A program made the translations under genes and the position numbers. A stretch of 64,000 bases of DNA, taken from Octopus bimaculoides (taxonomy: Eukaryota). Below the pieces are notes generated by a model that saw only the letters and a program-made list of their open reading frames with translations, did not search any database and was not told the DNA's origin. This document shows, one piece after another, positions 39,469 through 53,545 of this stretch (its first letter is position 1; each line of letters opens with the position of its first letter). Location of the stretch: the NCBI RefSeq assembly GCF_001194135.2, contig NC_068981.1, positions 49,552,026-49,616,025 on the forward strand, given 5' to 3'.

Positions 39469-40343
39469 TTATTTATATTATTATATGATTGTACGCAACT
39501 CATCCTCTTCCAAGTAGGAATTATCTTAATAATTCTGTTGCGCATTGTATACGAACTTTATACACTTTCGGTTTTCTCTGATTCTCTGTCATACTTTTAC
39601 TTCCTCTCCTCTCCCATATTCCTACCCCTTGCTCACGTGGCTCCTACGTGACCATCGGCTATCTTTCTCTCTTCTCCTAACTTCTGTTTCTTTCTTTCTC
39701 TCCGTTGTAGCTGAAACAATGAAGACGTGTTCTTGTCTGTCTCCTGTCCAAGCTTGATTTATGCGTTCGCCACCACAACATTGATTAGGCCTAACAGCCC
39801 TTCCTCTTTATTTTCTCTGTCCGTTTGTGATATCAAATTTGCTCCTTTTATTTAATTTGCTTTGCGGGAGCAACTGTTTAATCGATAGCATATATTGTTG
39901 TTAAATGTTTGAAATACGAGAATACGATAGTAGAAAAACAGCTATCAACTGATAAAAGGTCGTTCTTTATGCTGTTTGTCTTAATTTCCATTTGTGTCTT
40001 TCGTTGTTAGAAAAAATAGTTCATATTCCATGTACTCGTACTTCGTATTTTTTGTTGTACACGTTTTGTTGCCCATATATATATANNNNNNNNNNNNNNN
40101 NNNNNNNNNNNNNNNNNNNNNNNNNNNNNNNNNNNNNNNNNNNNNNNNNNNNNNNNNNNNNNNNNNNNNNNNNNNNNNNNNNNNNNNNNNNNNNNNNNNN
40201 NNNNNNNNNNNNNNNNNNNNNNNNNNNNNNNNNNNNNNNNNNNNNNNNNNNNNNNNNNNNNNNNNNNNNNNNNNNNNNNNNNNNNNNNNNNNNNNNNNNN
40301 NNNNNNNNNNNNNNNNNNNNNNNNNNNNNNNNNNNNNNNNNNN

Positions 40344-40394
<51 letters not shown>

Positions 40395-40529
40395 GGTGTG
40401 TTGGGTAAGACTAATCATCAGGGATCATGTAGCTATTGCTATCTCTACAACTCTACAAATTCTTCAGTTATTATATATTGTTTGATCACGTTTTTTGATA
40501 ATTCCTAAGAAGGACACAAGTCAATGCAC

Positions 40530-41000
40530 TTATGTAGCAATCAAAAATCCTTAAACCTGAAGTTTGACTCCTATATTTCACCGCTAGCGTTGCTATTGTT
40601 ATTTCTTTACCTCCACTGTTTCCAGTTTCCTTTTCTCTACATAATAGCCTTTAAGTTGATATGGTCAATTTTCCTTTCACTTTTCGCATGACAATCTAGA
40701 GCACGATATTTGTTTTAGCTTTTAGCCTCTTCCCAATTTCTGTTGATCATTGTTCTTGTTTCCATAATCTGTCGTTTCTGGCTTTGTTTTGATTTGTTGC
40801 TTCTTTTTAAGCCAGAAAACAATTTTTGTATTGATGTATCGTAGGTATTCCTATTAATTTTCTATCACTTTTACGAGATACTTTTAGTAGCCTTACAGCG
40901 AATGAATTATATTTTCGAGTTGCATAAGGCTCCAACCTCCATTTACGTGATGTAAATACAATCATTTTGCTAGATCTTATGTTGTGTAGTCTAAATGTCG
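40530..41000 (-). mobile_element. Degenerate RTE-like LINE 3' fragment
   Basis: WRLEPYATRKYNSFAVRLLKVS...LKAIM*RKGNWKQWR resembles the RTE C-terminus. Confidence 0.35.
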
Positions 41001-43655
41001 TCATTACTCTGTGTTTTTTCTTAGTAGTCTTGTTAGTTTGTTTAGAACATTAGCCGTTAACATATTACAGGAGCATCTAAAATTTGTTTGCCTGTTAAAT
41101 TTTAGAATTAGCTCTGTTTTAGACATTATTATAAAGAGTCTATAATATTCTTTCTTAATAATTTCTTTCGTGTGCTTTGTAGTAGTTCATTCATTGTTAC
41201 GTATTTATATGTATTTGGCGATGATAGCAAAATATTAATGCACTAACGTAATAGTTATACTGCACACACTTCAAGATGGCCTCGACATATTGTTCTTATT
41301 AGAATATCATAAAACTGTTTCTGGTAAATTCATGTACTGCCAGGAGTTATATTTCGAATTTTATTATCTTCAGCACACAAACATAGTTGATTGTTCTAAC
41401 AGAGCATTTCGTTCAGAGTTCACTTGAGTGTAATCTGTTGCTTAAAGGTAACCCTATTAGAGAGAAAAGAATTGACGACTGAGAGACCCAATAGAATATT
41501 TCTTTTCTAAAGGGTAAACGATTTATATTTTCATAAATCCGTATTCTGCTTGTATTTTCAAAATTGAATGCTATTTATATGTGGACGTTTTTGGCCAGGA
41601 AAACTGTCAACATACGATTGCAGTCAATTTATGTCATGCTCAGATCTTTTACCGTCGCATTCTTTTTGTTCGTATGTGATTTTGCAGCATTATTCGTTCG
41701 TATGAGACTTTGTAACATAATTTGTGCTCTTCCGGAAACGTTGTTTTTTTCTATTCTATGTCTGTCTCTAGTATTTAGAGTGGCTATTTAATTATTCTTG
41801 TGAATGAAATTGACTTCCACCACGGTAAGCCAGTCCGATGGTGTCTCTGATTGTGCCAGTTTCACATTAAAATTTGTTAGATCTTTAAAAGCGCATTTCA
41901 ATGTGTTATTCAGTTCTGAAAAGGTATCATCACCTACTGTTGTTTCTACTTATTTTATATATATATTATATGTATTACAATGTTGTTATATTTGTCAATG
42001 ATTGTTCAGATACTGCATCAGTGGTTTTGAGTTTTAGAATTGAAAGACTATTAACACGCGTAGAGAAGCTCATATACTAGTAAAGTATTATACTTACAAT
42101 GTTTCATACTAAGAGATCAACTTATGGATAATCCTAAACATTTACAAGTACAAGACTTTCTAAGAATAGTAACAGAACAAAACTTGAAACCAGACGGACT
42201 GTGGCAATATTGAATTGACAAGTGATAACTCTACACTGTTATGAACAGTGCTTTATTAATTCAGAGAGATTTTGACCTTCCTCACCAGCTCCATCATTCG
42301 TTAGCTGAGATGGGTTATCTGCGAAAGAGAATTAGCAGTACTTGTATCATGATTATAGGGAAATGAAAAGTCATTAGGTTGTGTGCTCCGGTATTATTTT
42401 CTAAAATATAAAATTTAGGCTTATAATTCTCTATAACTTATTGCGAGTATTCGGTAAATCATTTTATGATTTGCCATATGCATAAAATGTCTTAACATTT
42501 AGGTTTTGCTGCACAGCTCGATAATGAACATTGAGAAGTTGATATTTTCATTTTGCTGCACTCAGATAAGTATAGACATATCTCCGTGCGAATATTTCAC
42601 TCCGGAATTCGATACATTTAACACAATCATATTTTACGTATTACTTTATTAATTGGTATGTCGTCAACTGAGTGTATTGTTTTATTAGTCAGTAAACTGC
42701 GTAATAATTGTTCTCCTTTTTGAGAAAGAAAATTAATGATGACCATTCGGATTAATGTTTCGTAGAAAGATATTTCTATGAGATATTTACAGGCTTTTAT
42801 AATTGTTGGCAACATTCTTTGATAGTGTGTTGGTGCAAATATGTATGATATATATCTCCTAAAGTATTGTCTTTATGAATTCTGTTTATGTATCGCTGCT
42901 CAAGAGGAAATGTTGAAAATCTCTTTCGACGAATTTTCTTAATTACTTCTTCGAAATAGCTATTATTATTCTTGAAATATGTTCATGTTAAGATATAACG
43001 TTAAAATAGTTCGTCGGGACATATTTTATTACGTCAATCTCCTTTCATTACTCTGTATATTACGAACGCTTTAAGAAACTTTTGTTTCATCTTTAATTTC
43101 ATCGAAGGAGCTACTGACAACTTTATAATAAAACTCATACTAGAATGATACTTTCATCTATCAGGTGTGAGCATTTCAAAATTGTAGGCCTGTAACTTTG
43201 TACAAAAGTAGTTAACCAAAATTAAATGCAAATTATCATTTCACTGATTATTAAATAATCAACCACCAACATTCTCCGATAATTAACTCCTAAAGAGACT
43301 GTTTCGTTGTACACCTACCGCTGCTACTGCTACAACAATCCCCCCTTATTGTTTGTGATAGTCAGTTGCATATCAGATCCATTAAGACCTATTCGTTCCA
43401 CAGGAATACAATAATTTTATGTACATCTTCTTAGTAATATGATCCATCCACATTAATATGTGATCGAAAGTAGAACTAAGAAACTAATAAACCGCATCAA
43501 TTCCTTTGAACAAGTCACATTTTACCACTATGCTAATATTCTTATGCTGAAGTATCAAATAAGTTGCATACCTGTATGTGTATATATATAAGATTCCTTG
43601 CTACATTTATACTGTATATACTAAAGAATATATAGGTATAATTATAAGCGTTAGT

Positions 43656-43842
43656 AGGGGTGGTGAGCTGATAGAACCGTTACTGCGCCGAACAAAAGAA
43701 CAATGATGCTTAGTAGCATTTCTTGTGACTATTTACGTTTTGAAATCATACCTTTGAGGTCGAATTTGTTGCGCACAGAGAACAACGTAATCGACTAGCA
43801 CCTTCCACTAAAATTTCAGGTTTCATGTCTCATAAAAAAATT
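43656..43842 (+). mobile_element. SINE family A, degenerate copy
   Basis: GGTGAGCTGATAGAACCGTTA...ATGCTTAGTAGCATTTC...GAGGTCGA...GTAATCGACTAGC. Confidence 0.65.
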
Positions 43843-46800
43843 ATCGTAAGTTGCATTAAATACTTTCGATGTCGGATATGCAAAAGACAGTGTCTTGCCA
43901 AATTCTCATGAAAAATAACGGCCATCCCTCAACATCTACTTTTCTGACACCAGATATTTAAAAAAAAATTATTCAGGTTATTTTAAGTAATGTCGTATCC
44001 TCCCAAATAATCAAGGCTATTCATGAAAATTTCATGTACACAATCTTTAAATGTTCAATGTCTACAATTCTTCTAAAGTTTAGATTTATTCCTGACAAGC
44101 AGGCATGTGCTGCTGTATCCAGTGCTATGTATGTTAATTTAGCATCATTGACATTTCCTCCCAATCGTGTTTGTCAAGGTGGGAGGTATTAAATTAATGA
44201 ATTCTAATAGATTATATGCAAGGCGTTATACAGACAACAGATAACATGTAAATGGAAGGAAAACCATCGAAATACTATTGAAAATAATTTTTAGCATTTA
44301 CTTGAAAAGTGTTATCAGTTTGACTTTAAAATTAATGAAGTAGTTATTTTAATGAAACGCGTTCATTAGGGCCAGGTGGGCTCTGAAACTTATAATGAAA
44401 CTGAAATCTTCATAGCACCTTATCAAATTAAAACAATTTATATCATTTTAGACATAAAGTTTATTTTTTATTCCTCTGTTATTTTAACGGTAGCAGTCGT
44501 TCTCCTTTTGCAATGTTGTGTCATGGTATTCCCAAGTTTTAAGCCATTATATTAGCTTTCCACTTTTCTGATAATGACCCTATCATCTTCGTATTGGAAG
44601 AAAGTTAAATTTGTCAGATTGAAAGTACGAAACAGAACGTGACTAACCACATCATATTTTGAATAGTGGTCACTTTTTGATTACTCACTCACAGTAATTA
44701 TACGTACATAAATACATGCAGTATGTGTAACTCTATGACACTCTTTCTCTCTCTCTCTTTCTTTCTCTCTCTCTTCTTTCTCTCTCTCTCTCTCTCTCTC
44801 TCTACCTCTCAATATAACTGAGATGCTAATATAAGTAAATTAATACATACATAGATGCATACATAGAAGCACACACACGTATGTACATGAATACTTATAT
44901 ACATACAAACGCATACCATTTTCTCAAAGTGACTCGCACTAACATCCTTTTCAAAGGAAATGACTAAGGAGCAAAATTGTTAACCACTCAGCCAGGCTTT
45001 GCACTCTCAATTGATATTTTCTACGAGATTTACTACCATTATCTGTTACAACAATTTGAGTTTTATCGATATTTATAATGCAATTTTACAACTTATCGAT
45101 TCAATGTCCTCTCTTCTGCCCCAATTTCGGATAATTAAAGCATTCGTTAATGTGAAACTTTAAACTAGAAGCAAGCCAGGGAAAATGTAGCAGAAAAAAA
45201 GAAATAAATTCTCAATTGAATTTTGCTCTTCAAAGTATGTTAAAATGGAGTATATTATAGATAATTGGAATAAAATAACGACCAAAAATATTCTAAATAT
45301 ATGTAATAAAACAAGAGTATCACTTTTTAACATCACTGATGCATATTTCATTTTACATGCCATGGTTGTTAATGCTCAATAAAATGGCAAACTTACTTTT
45401 CCTCACAAATCACTGTTTACATTATTTTCAATTAATTTTATATTTTTAACTGTAGGTTACCTCCTTGAAATTTTCAATGTTTAAATTTTATACAACAATA
45501 AATAATTTAATAAATATACTCTCTAGAAGTAAAATATCAAAGGGAACCGCAGATATAAAAATTGCTTTAGTATTTTGATCATTTAAAATAACTCCATAGG
45601 TAGAATGTTGCAAGTTTATAACCCAATAAATGAGAAAATGGTACATGCATCCCATAACAAAAAAAATATTGTTTTCACTGTGGATTAAAACCAGTTTTGA
45701 TTAGACCTAGTAAATTGTATTAGTTTTCTCCGCACGTATGACAACACGTGAAATAATTACTGCTCACGTACACTTTGCGCATGTGATCTCAGTCTAAACG
45801 AAACGCAGGAAAAATAGAGGATGTTTGGAGTACTGTATATCTGTTTTGAAAATGTTACAGAATAAAATTTGTGTAGAATGTAGAGATGTATTGACAATTG
45901 GAACACGACGACTATACAAAAGTTGGATTCCTTTCAATAATCTGAAGAATGCCTGTTTTGGCTGACATGCAGGAATTTAAGTCGCTTCAGAAATGCTGAA
46001 TTTTATTTCTATGTAAAGAAATTAATTTGATTTTTTAACGAAAGTTTGCAATTTATTGACTGTTTAGAATATATTTCATTGTAGTAATATCTTCTGGTAT
46101 GTGTTGCTGTTGATCGCTGGTAAAAGATTCAGTTTGACAGTACCTATTCATGTTATAATATTCCAGTTTTATAGAAGTTTTGCAGAAATGACACGTAAAT
46201 GGTTCCAGTATAACAGGGGTTAAATTGTGTAGAGGTTTTGCATCGTATGTTAGGAAACGTTTCGAGCGAATTGAATATATTGCCAATAATATCTAGAAGA
46301 AAGTATACTGGGGTTAATTAGGAATGCGGAATACTTCTAGATTGATTGCATTTTGAACGAAACAAACCCATCATTGAACAATTTACGATACATTTTGTAG
46401 AAATATTTAACTAAATGCAATGAGACTAATGAAATGTGGAGAACTACCTGGTACATAACGTATGAAAACAAAACTACTATACCTTTGTCTATTAGTGTCT
46501 TCCTTAACTATTCTACTTTATATGAACCAACTATCCATTTGGTTTTCCTAGTCTACTAATACAAATATGTGTGTTAATTCATTTATAGATATATGTTGAA
46601 TGCTCTACAATGGCCGATACTCTAACTGGAGATAGAAATGATGTAGAAGCTGATCGATAATTTCTATATTTAATCCCATTGTCCAAATTTGTCACATTAT
46701 TCCACACTATTTCTACGTAAGAATTTCATTCAATATACACATGTCTATCCTCTATAGTTGCCTAACACTATCTCAATGAGCCTGGTAGTTTAGGTAGATG

Positions 46801-47339
46801 AACAACAAAACGTTCGTGGTAAGATCAACTTTGTAACGACAAGGTTCCAGGATCGCTTGTAATGCATGGCGTCATGTGAAAATGTTCCGTTTCTATATCT
46901 TCGAGTGAAATTATATGAGAATGAACTGCTTAGACGGGAACCGTGTAGAAATTTAGCTGGGGGAGTGTACAAGCACTTAGAAAGCTACGACCATGTGACG
47001 CTGTGGCACTAATTTTTGCCGGAGAATTACACGAATTGAATAGCAAGCAATTTAGTTACTTCAACAATAGTATCTTCACCGTCGTTCAACTAAGATCCAT
47101 CGCCATACTATCTTCCATACAATGGAATTCCTTTTTGGCTGGCCTTCTCAACCAAGCCCTAGATCAGAATGAGCTGGCTGCTGGGGCAATCTTCTTTCAA
47201 TCCCGCCAAGTCAAATGGGTCAAAGCTGAGGGAGCGTATATATATACTCCCAAGTAATTTGCCACCTAAAACAATTATCTAAAGTATGTGAGACTTTACC
47301 AAGTCATATTCACTAACATCTGACTGCTAGGTGTACTGT

Positions 47340-47370
<31 letters not shown>

Positions 47371-47619
47371 NNNNNNNNNNNNNNNNNNNNNNNNNNNNNN
47401 NNNNNNNNNNNNNNNNNNNNNNNNNNNNNNNNNNNNNNNNNNNNNNNNNNNNNNNNNNNNNNNNNNNNNNNNNNNNNNNNNNNNNNNNNNNNNNNNNNNN
47501 NNNNNNNNNNNNNNNNNNNNNNNNNNNNNNNNNNNNNNNNNNNNNNNNNNNNNNNNNNNNNNNNNNNNNNNNNNNNNNNNNNNNNNNNNNNNNNNTTTTT
47601 TTTTTTTTTTTTTTTTTGT

Positions 47620-47900
47620 CTCTGAGTTGTAACAGAAAATCCCCTAGTAATTTTGCTGTCACGATTGTAACAGTTGGGATTTTGACGCCGCAATGCTTTT
47701 CCATTCCGATTGTGTCTTTTAATCCTCGGTGGAACAACTGCAATCTAAAAAAAATATGGTATTCAAAACCCTTCAAATTTCTTACCTTATCATATATTGC
47801 CTCTTGTGTTCTCACTTTTACCATCCGCTCATAATCTGCTGAAAATAGAAAATAGTCAATATCATTGCAAATATCTCTGTGGTTCACCATTGTTTTACAC
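47620..47900 (-). mobile_element. RTE-like LINE fragment (end of endonuclease and linker)
   Basis: CNDIDYFLF...IYDKVRNLK...FRLQLFHR...IVTAKLLG resembles the RTE NxIDYIL / YDxxKLK / TAKExLG motifs. Confidence 0.45.
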
Positions 47901-48724
47901 TGGACATGTACAGATATACGAGTCTATAAGAAGGGGAGTATGTATTCTTCTTGACCTTTGCTCTCCCCTTAGTCACAAATGACGTAAATTATCTTATACT
48001 GTGTTGAAATACATTGGCAAAATATTGGTAAACACAACTAACAGTGCTTCAAACTAACCTTGTGTTAACAACAAACAAGATGAGGTACAACATCCATCAA
48101 ATGTAAATAATGTAAATAATGTACATAATTCCTCATCTATTAAATATAGTAGTGCATTATTTTCGGCCCTAAACGACAAGCACACTTGGGAATGTGATAA
48201 TCCCCGTCACTTTTGTTGCCCCGCGTTGAATTTAATTATACATTGGAGTTTTTTTAATTATATTATGTTAAATGCGAGTGCTAAGCTGAGTTTTGATGGT
48301 ATTGTTAAGCAAGTGGTTAAAATTGTTCGTATCAAAAGCTACAGAATATTGATTCATTTTTATGCGCTTTAAATTATTGCAATTGTAGTTTACAGTATCC
48401 TGGGTGTTTTAAAGTTTTCATTTTCTGATTTTCTTGTGTGAGTATGTGAACTGTACAACTTCGAAATCTTTTGTTAGAAGGAGATTTTCTCATCTATAGT
48501 TCGTGTTAAATATTAACCAGAAAAGTGTACTTATATGATTTACATGAACAGCTTTCATAAAACAAACTGCTAGTCTGAATAAGTTTCAAATTAATACGGC
48601 AGAAAAAGTCATCCAATTTTGTAAAGAAATATTCATACGAAAACATATCATTACAAAACATTGGGAAGCCAACCTTTGCATTGTGACATAACAACATCAT
48701 CAACAACAAAACAATGATATTCCT

Positions 48725-48918
48725 TTCTATTGTAAGCACAAGGCCTGCAATGTGGGGGCAGGGGGATAGTCGATTACATCAACTCCAGTGCTTATCGACC
48801 GCAAAATGATGAACAGTAAAGTCGACCTCGGCGGAATTTGAACTCAGAACGTAACGACGAGCGAAATACCGCTAACTATTTCGTGTAACGTGCTAATAAT
48901 TCTGCCAGCACGCCTCCT
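48725..48918 (-). mobile_element. SINE family A
   Basis: The reverse complement reads GGAGGCGTGCTGGCAGAATTATTAGCACG...GTTCTGAGTTCAAATTCCGCCGAGGTCGACTTT...GGCCTTGTGCTTACAATAGAA. Confidence 0.85.
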
Positions 48919-48928
48919 TAATAATAAC

Positions 48929-48963
<35 letters not shown>

Positions 48964-48990
48964 TAATAGTAATAATAATAATAATAATAA
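48919..48990. repeat. (TAA)n array between a SINE head and an R4/Dong-like 5' end
   Basis: Seen directly in the sequence. Confidence 0.95.
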
Positions 48991-50145
48991 CCCCACAACC
49001 GGAATATTCCAACAGATGGCCATCCATGCTCGTCATCAAATAACCAAAAGAAAAAGAATGAAAAATGGTCTAGGGAAGATCATAAAGAAGTTCTTACAGC
49101 TTTCTACCATGCCATATATTTCCCTACAGATAAATCTAATACTGTACAAACCTACTTAAACTGGAGACAGAAACACCTTGAAGTAAGACCCTACATAGAC
49201 AGTAACAAACTTGCCAACGTCAGAAGAAACATTATGAAAAAAAATTACTAACTGAAGTANNNNNNNNNNNNNNNNNNNNNNNNNNNNNNNNNNNNNNNNN
49301 NNNNNNNNNNNNNNNNNNNNNNNNNCATACAGAAATCGACGCAACAGAACTACATGATCTAAAAAATCAAATCATGATTGAATGGCTGAAAATTAAAGAA
49401 ACCAGTATGAATGAACGCGACACTCTCCCCAAAATTCGCAATTCGAACCAAAACCTGAAAATAATTGGTAAAATCCGCCTTGCACTTAAGGATATAATTT
49501 CAGCTAATGATGTTGATATTACAGATCTCAACCACCTGTACTGTGCATCCGCAAAAATCTCAACGGTTCTATGTGGTGAAAAGATTAGAAAACGACAACA
49601 CTCCCACAAAAACCCTTCTTGGCAACAGCGCATTCAACACCAAATTAAGCTACATAGATCTGACATAGAATGTTTGAAAAACCTTAAATTTGATAAGAGT
49701 ATCAAACCTACAAAGACCCAAAAACTAAAGAAAAAATATAATGCGAAAACCATAGTTGACATTGATACCACCATAGAAACCATCAAGCAAAAGGTATGTG
49801 CTAAAGCTGCCCGTATAGCAAGGTATGAAAAGCGTGTTAGATTCTTCCGAGATAATAACATGTTGAAAAATAACCCCAAAACTTTCTACAGGAAGATAAG
49901 GAAAACACCAGTAACAATAAAGTCTGTCCCATCAAAAGAAGAAGTGCAAGAATTTTGGAATAAAATCTGGGCAGAAGATAAAGCACACAATGAAAAGGCC
50001 CCTTGGATTGATAGAATATCTACAGACCTAGACTCCTTAGAGGAGCAAATGTGGGAGGGGGTCAAGGTAGAAGATATACGATCTGCTCTCAGGATGTCAA
50101 GCAAATGGAAGTCTCCAGGAAAGGATAACATTCCTAACTTCTGGT
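48991..50145 (+). mobile_element. 5' part of an R4/Dong-like non-LTR retrotransposon
   Basis: Starts directly after a (TAA)n array. It reads KWSREDHKEVLTAFYHA..NWRQKH..NKLANVRRNIMKK (frameshifts in A-runs), then ORF 49374 with PSWQQRIQHQIKLHRSDI, KQKVCAKAARIARYEKR, NPKTFYRKI and WKSPGKDNIPNFW (the motif preceding the RT domain). It is cut by a gap. Confidence 0.85.
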
Positions 50146-50315
50146 NNNNNNNNNNNNNNNNNNNNNNNNNNNNNNNNNNNNNNNNNNNNNNNNNNNNNNN
50201 NNNNNNNNNNNNNNNNNNNNNNNNNNNNNNNNNNNNNNNNNNNNNGATAGATAGATAGATAGATAGATCGTTCGATAGATAGATAGATAGATAGAAAGCT
50301 AGCTAGCTAGATAGA

Positions 50316-50486
50316 TAGATCAAAATTATTGCACTCAAATTCGTTAGTACGCTGAGTTTCAAGAGTAATGCTAGTATTCAGCCATTTTGAATTCAAATTC
50401 AGCATTCACATTCAAAATAGCTGAAGACTAGCGTCACACTTGACACTCGGAGTACCATCGAATTTGAATGAAACTGTTTTGATCCA
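50316..50486. mobile_element. ~170-bp foldback MITE
   Basis: An imperfect palindrome over its whole length, with inner stem CTAGTATTCAGCCATTTTGAAT / ATTCAAAATAGCTGAAGACTAG. The right end CATCGAATTTGAATGAAACTGTTTTGATCCATAC is shared with 19832-19866. Confidence 0.7.
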
Positions 50487-51871
50487 TACATGCAATTCCC
50501 AAGATGTTTTTTTGGATGCCCTTCTTCTCGTTTGTCCACTCACTCGTAGATGTGTGTGTTTGCGTGTGTGTGTGTGTGTGCGCGTGTGTGTGTGTGTGCG
50601 TGTGTGTGCGTATGTGCGCGCACGATCGTGTGTGTGTGTGCGAACGTGTGTGAGAGTGTATATATGTGACTCTCTTTGTGCGTTTATTTCAATGACATTT
50701 TACAATCGAAGATTTTCAGATTTTACTATCATTATATTCATAAAACCAAGAAATAATATATTGATCGATTAAAGCTCACTATGTAGTGGATCATATCGAA
50801 TTTGAAAAATCATTTGGAAACGTTTGCCAACATTTTGAATAATTGTTACTTTCACAGATTCAGTAATTAATGCTATCATTAAATCCCCTGGGTAACGCTG
50901 TTGTAATAATGCTTAAATTAGGTGTCAACAAAAAAATATATATTAATACGAAATTTTTATAGAACACATTTATAACTAAATATAGCCATATATGTTACTT
51001 TTTTGGACAGCTTCTCATATTTTTTATTCTCTTCAAATCTGTTGAGAATAATTACTTTCAGATTAGTTTTGTCAAATATGTTTGCTAGACTTTTCTTGAA
51101 ATAACCTCATTTTAAATTAAATGTTTCTTTTTATTTATCATGTCTACAAGGAAATGATATAAATCAATTTGTTTGGAAAATAGAAACGACAGATTTAGTG
51201 TATTAAAAAGAGTTGATTTAAAATAGCATTAATAGTGCACACTACATGATAGTAACTAATTATATCAACACATGTGACATGGAAAACATGAAAGAAAACA
51301 AATTCCAGCTGTGATACTGTATCTCAGAGCAAATTTTTCTTGTAATTCAAGAGAAATCTGTTTCGGTGGTGTACAGGAATTGGATGATGCCGACGAAATC
51401 GTATTATTAAAAATAAGATTCCAGGCGGTATGTGTTTTTTTCTGCAGTGCATTGAATGTATAATAAGTGTTACGGATAAACTGGTTCTAAATACACAGCC
51501 GCCGTGTGAATGACGACATATTCATATCTCTTTCACCTGCATATTGCATATTAATAGCGTAATACAGAGACAGACACATTGACAAGCATATAATATATAT
51601 ATATATATATATATATANNNNNNNNNNNNNNNNNNNNNNNNNNNNNNNNNNNNNNNNNNNNNNNNNNNNNNNNNNNNNNNNNNNNNNNNNNNNNNNNNNN
51701 NNNNNNNNNNNNNNNNNNNNNNNNNNNNNNNNNNNNNNNNNNNNNNNNNNNNNNNNNNNNNNNNNNNNNNNNNNNNNNNNNNNNNNNNNNNNNNNNNNNN
51801 NNNNNNNNNNNNNNNNNNNNNNNNNNNNNNNNNNNNNNNNNNNNNNNNNNNNNNNNNNNNNNNNNNNNNNN

Positions 51872-51904
<33 letters not shown>

Positions 51905-51929
51905 TGTATATCATCGCGATAGTTGCAGA

Positions 51930-53390
51930 CATGCTGGGGTACTACCGTTAGCTTTGCTACACTTTAACTAAAGATCTTCCGATAGTGACATTTGGTGAAT
52001 GCTGGAATTTGATGTTGCTACCGTCATCTGTGTTTCTTGACGCTGGCTAGTTTCCGTCGAGACATTGGCAAGAGGAGATCCAGTTTTGTTTTGAAGATGC
52101 TTGGGTCCACCACATGTAGCTCTCTCAGGCTCTGTTGGGTTTGGAATATTAAAGAGCTGTGGACCTTTGGAACACATCTTGTTGCAGTATCTGATCCTAC
52201 GTCCTGATGGCGATGATTGGATTTTCGGTACCATGCGGTTACGTTCCGTTCTGATATGATTTATAATACAAACGTTAAGTACAAGAATTTTCCAGATGTA
52301 TATCATTGCATATCTTCTCTGCTTTCGTTCTGGGGAGTATATTCTTACCTTTATCCGCCTCTCCTATTAGCTGGCATGTCGTTTCAGATGATCATATTTT
52401 TGCAGCTTCGCTGGATTGCTTCCACTTCAGTGGCCATAGTTGGGAGCAATAATCCAAACAGCCGAGGACAAATATCCTCCAGAAGGCCATCATGGTTTCC
52501 TGTTCCCGCGTTCTGAAAGTTCTAAGGATCCATGCGGCCAAGCGCCAGCATTTCATTGCACCTCGAAATATGCATCATTACTCATGTCGATATCGATTGC
52601 AACCCCTGTTAGGCCAGTGAATCCTGTCTGCTTTTCATTCAGCTTCGTGTATTGGTGGCATAGGGCTTAGATATTTCTAGCATTAAACTGCATCTTATTC
52701 TCCTCCAGGGAACTGTATCCATCGAGAGAGTTTTGTATCTGCATAAGTAGCAAGAGTTGCTGTATGAGCAGCTGAGAACATTTCAAAGAGGGCCGCAATG
52801 AATAGCAATATCCTCAAGAGAGTGCCTTTGTGTGCATCTTGTTGGAAGTAGCCCCGTTCATTACCATTACCTGACTTCTGTCTTTTAGAAAGTTAATGTA
52901 GCGACTATGCAAAGATTACGTTGCTTGTGACATACACCATGGTGGATTCTATAAAAGTGAGCTATACCACGTCTACATTTGAGTTGTTGAACAGCTGCTT
53001 TAACAATCAGGTGTAGTGCTGCATGAAGTGTCTTACGTCCACCAAGTCAAGAGTGTGTTAGTCAGCAAAACGTCTCTTCGGGAAAGGCAATTAGGTCGCT
53101 TCCGACCTTTCGTTCCATTACTTTGCAGATGTGTTAGGTAGAAGAGATACGTCTATAGATTTTAGCATCTGCAGAGCTTTCTCCGGTATGAATAAGGTTT
53201 ATTATTTCCCCTTTAGATTGCCTTGAAGCTCTGAAATGGAAGATGCCACAGTTTTACAAGGGCTCGTTTACATTGTATCAGAAGAATTGCTACGAATCCA
53301 TCGAAACCAGCATCTCAGTTTGTGCCTACGTTATCTATTGCCAGTATTTTGATGTTGATGTAATCAATATTCTTGCTCTGGCTGGTTGAA
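51930..53390 (-). pseudogene. 5'-truncated CR1-group (Jockey superfamily) LINE, RT and 3' end
   Basis: The minus strand reads LFNNSNVDVV, FLKDRSQVMVMNGATS, QGTLLRILLFIAA..LATYADTK (decayed YADD) and IYIWKIL..VPKIQSSPS..RYCNK..GPQLFNIP..SRQETQ..SNS. It has multiple stops and indels. Confidence 0.8.
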
Positions 53391-53408
53391 GTATTACTTG
53401 CGTCATAT

Positions 53409-53443
<35 letters not shown>

Positions 53444-53545
53444 TTCAATTTAAACACTAGTTGAGTAACGAGAATAATAGCAAAGGAAATAAATGTGAAA
53501 GGCAAACAAATATACTAGTATGTAGGCTATATATATAAAATAGTA

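Noticed and set aside
41445-41518. Possible piggyBac-type MITE (ACCCT...AGGGT)
   Set aside because: The TIRs are short and gapped and the TTAA target sites are not intact.
47000-47257. 84-aa ORF in a slightly GC-richer patch
   Set aside because: It has a GTG start, no recognisable domain and no convincing splice sites.
49374-50258. 294-aa host gene
   Set aside because: The motifs are those of an R4/Dong-like retrotransposon ORF, and the tail is N gap.
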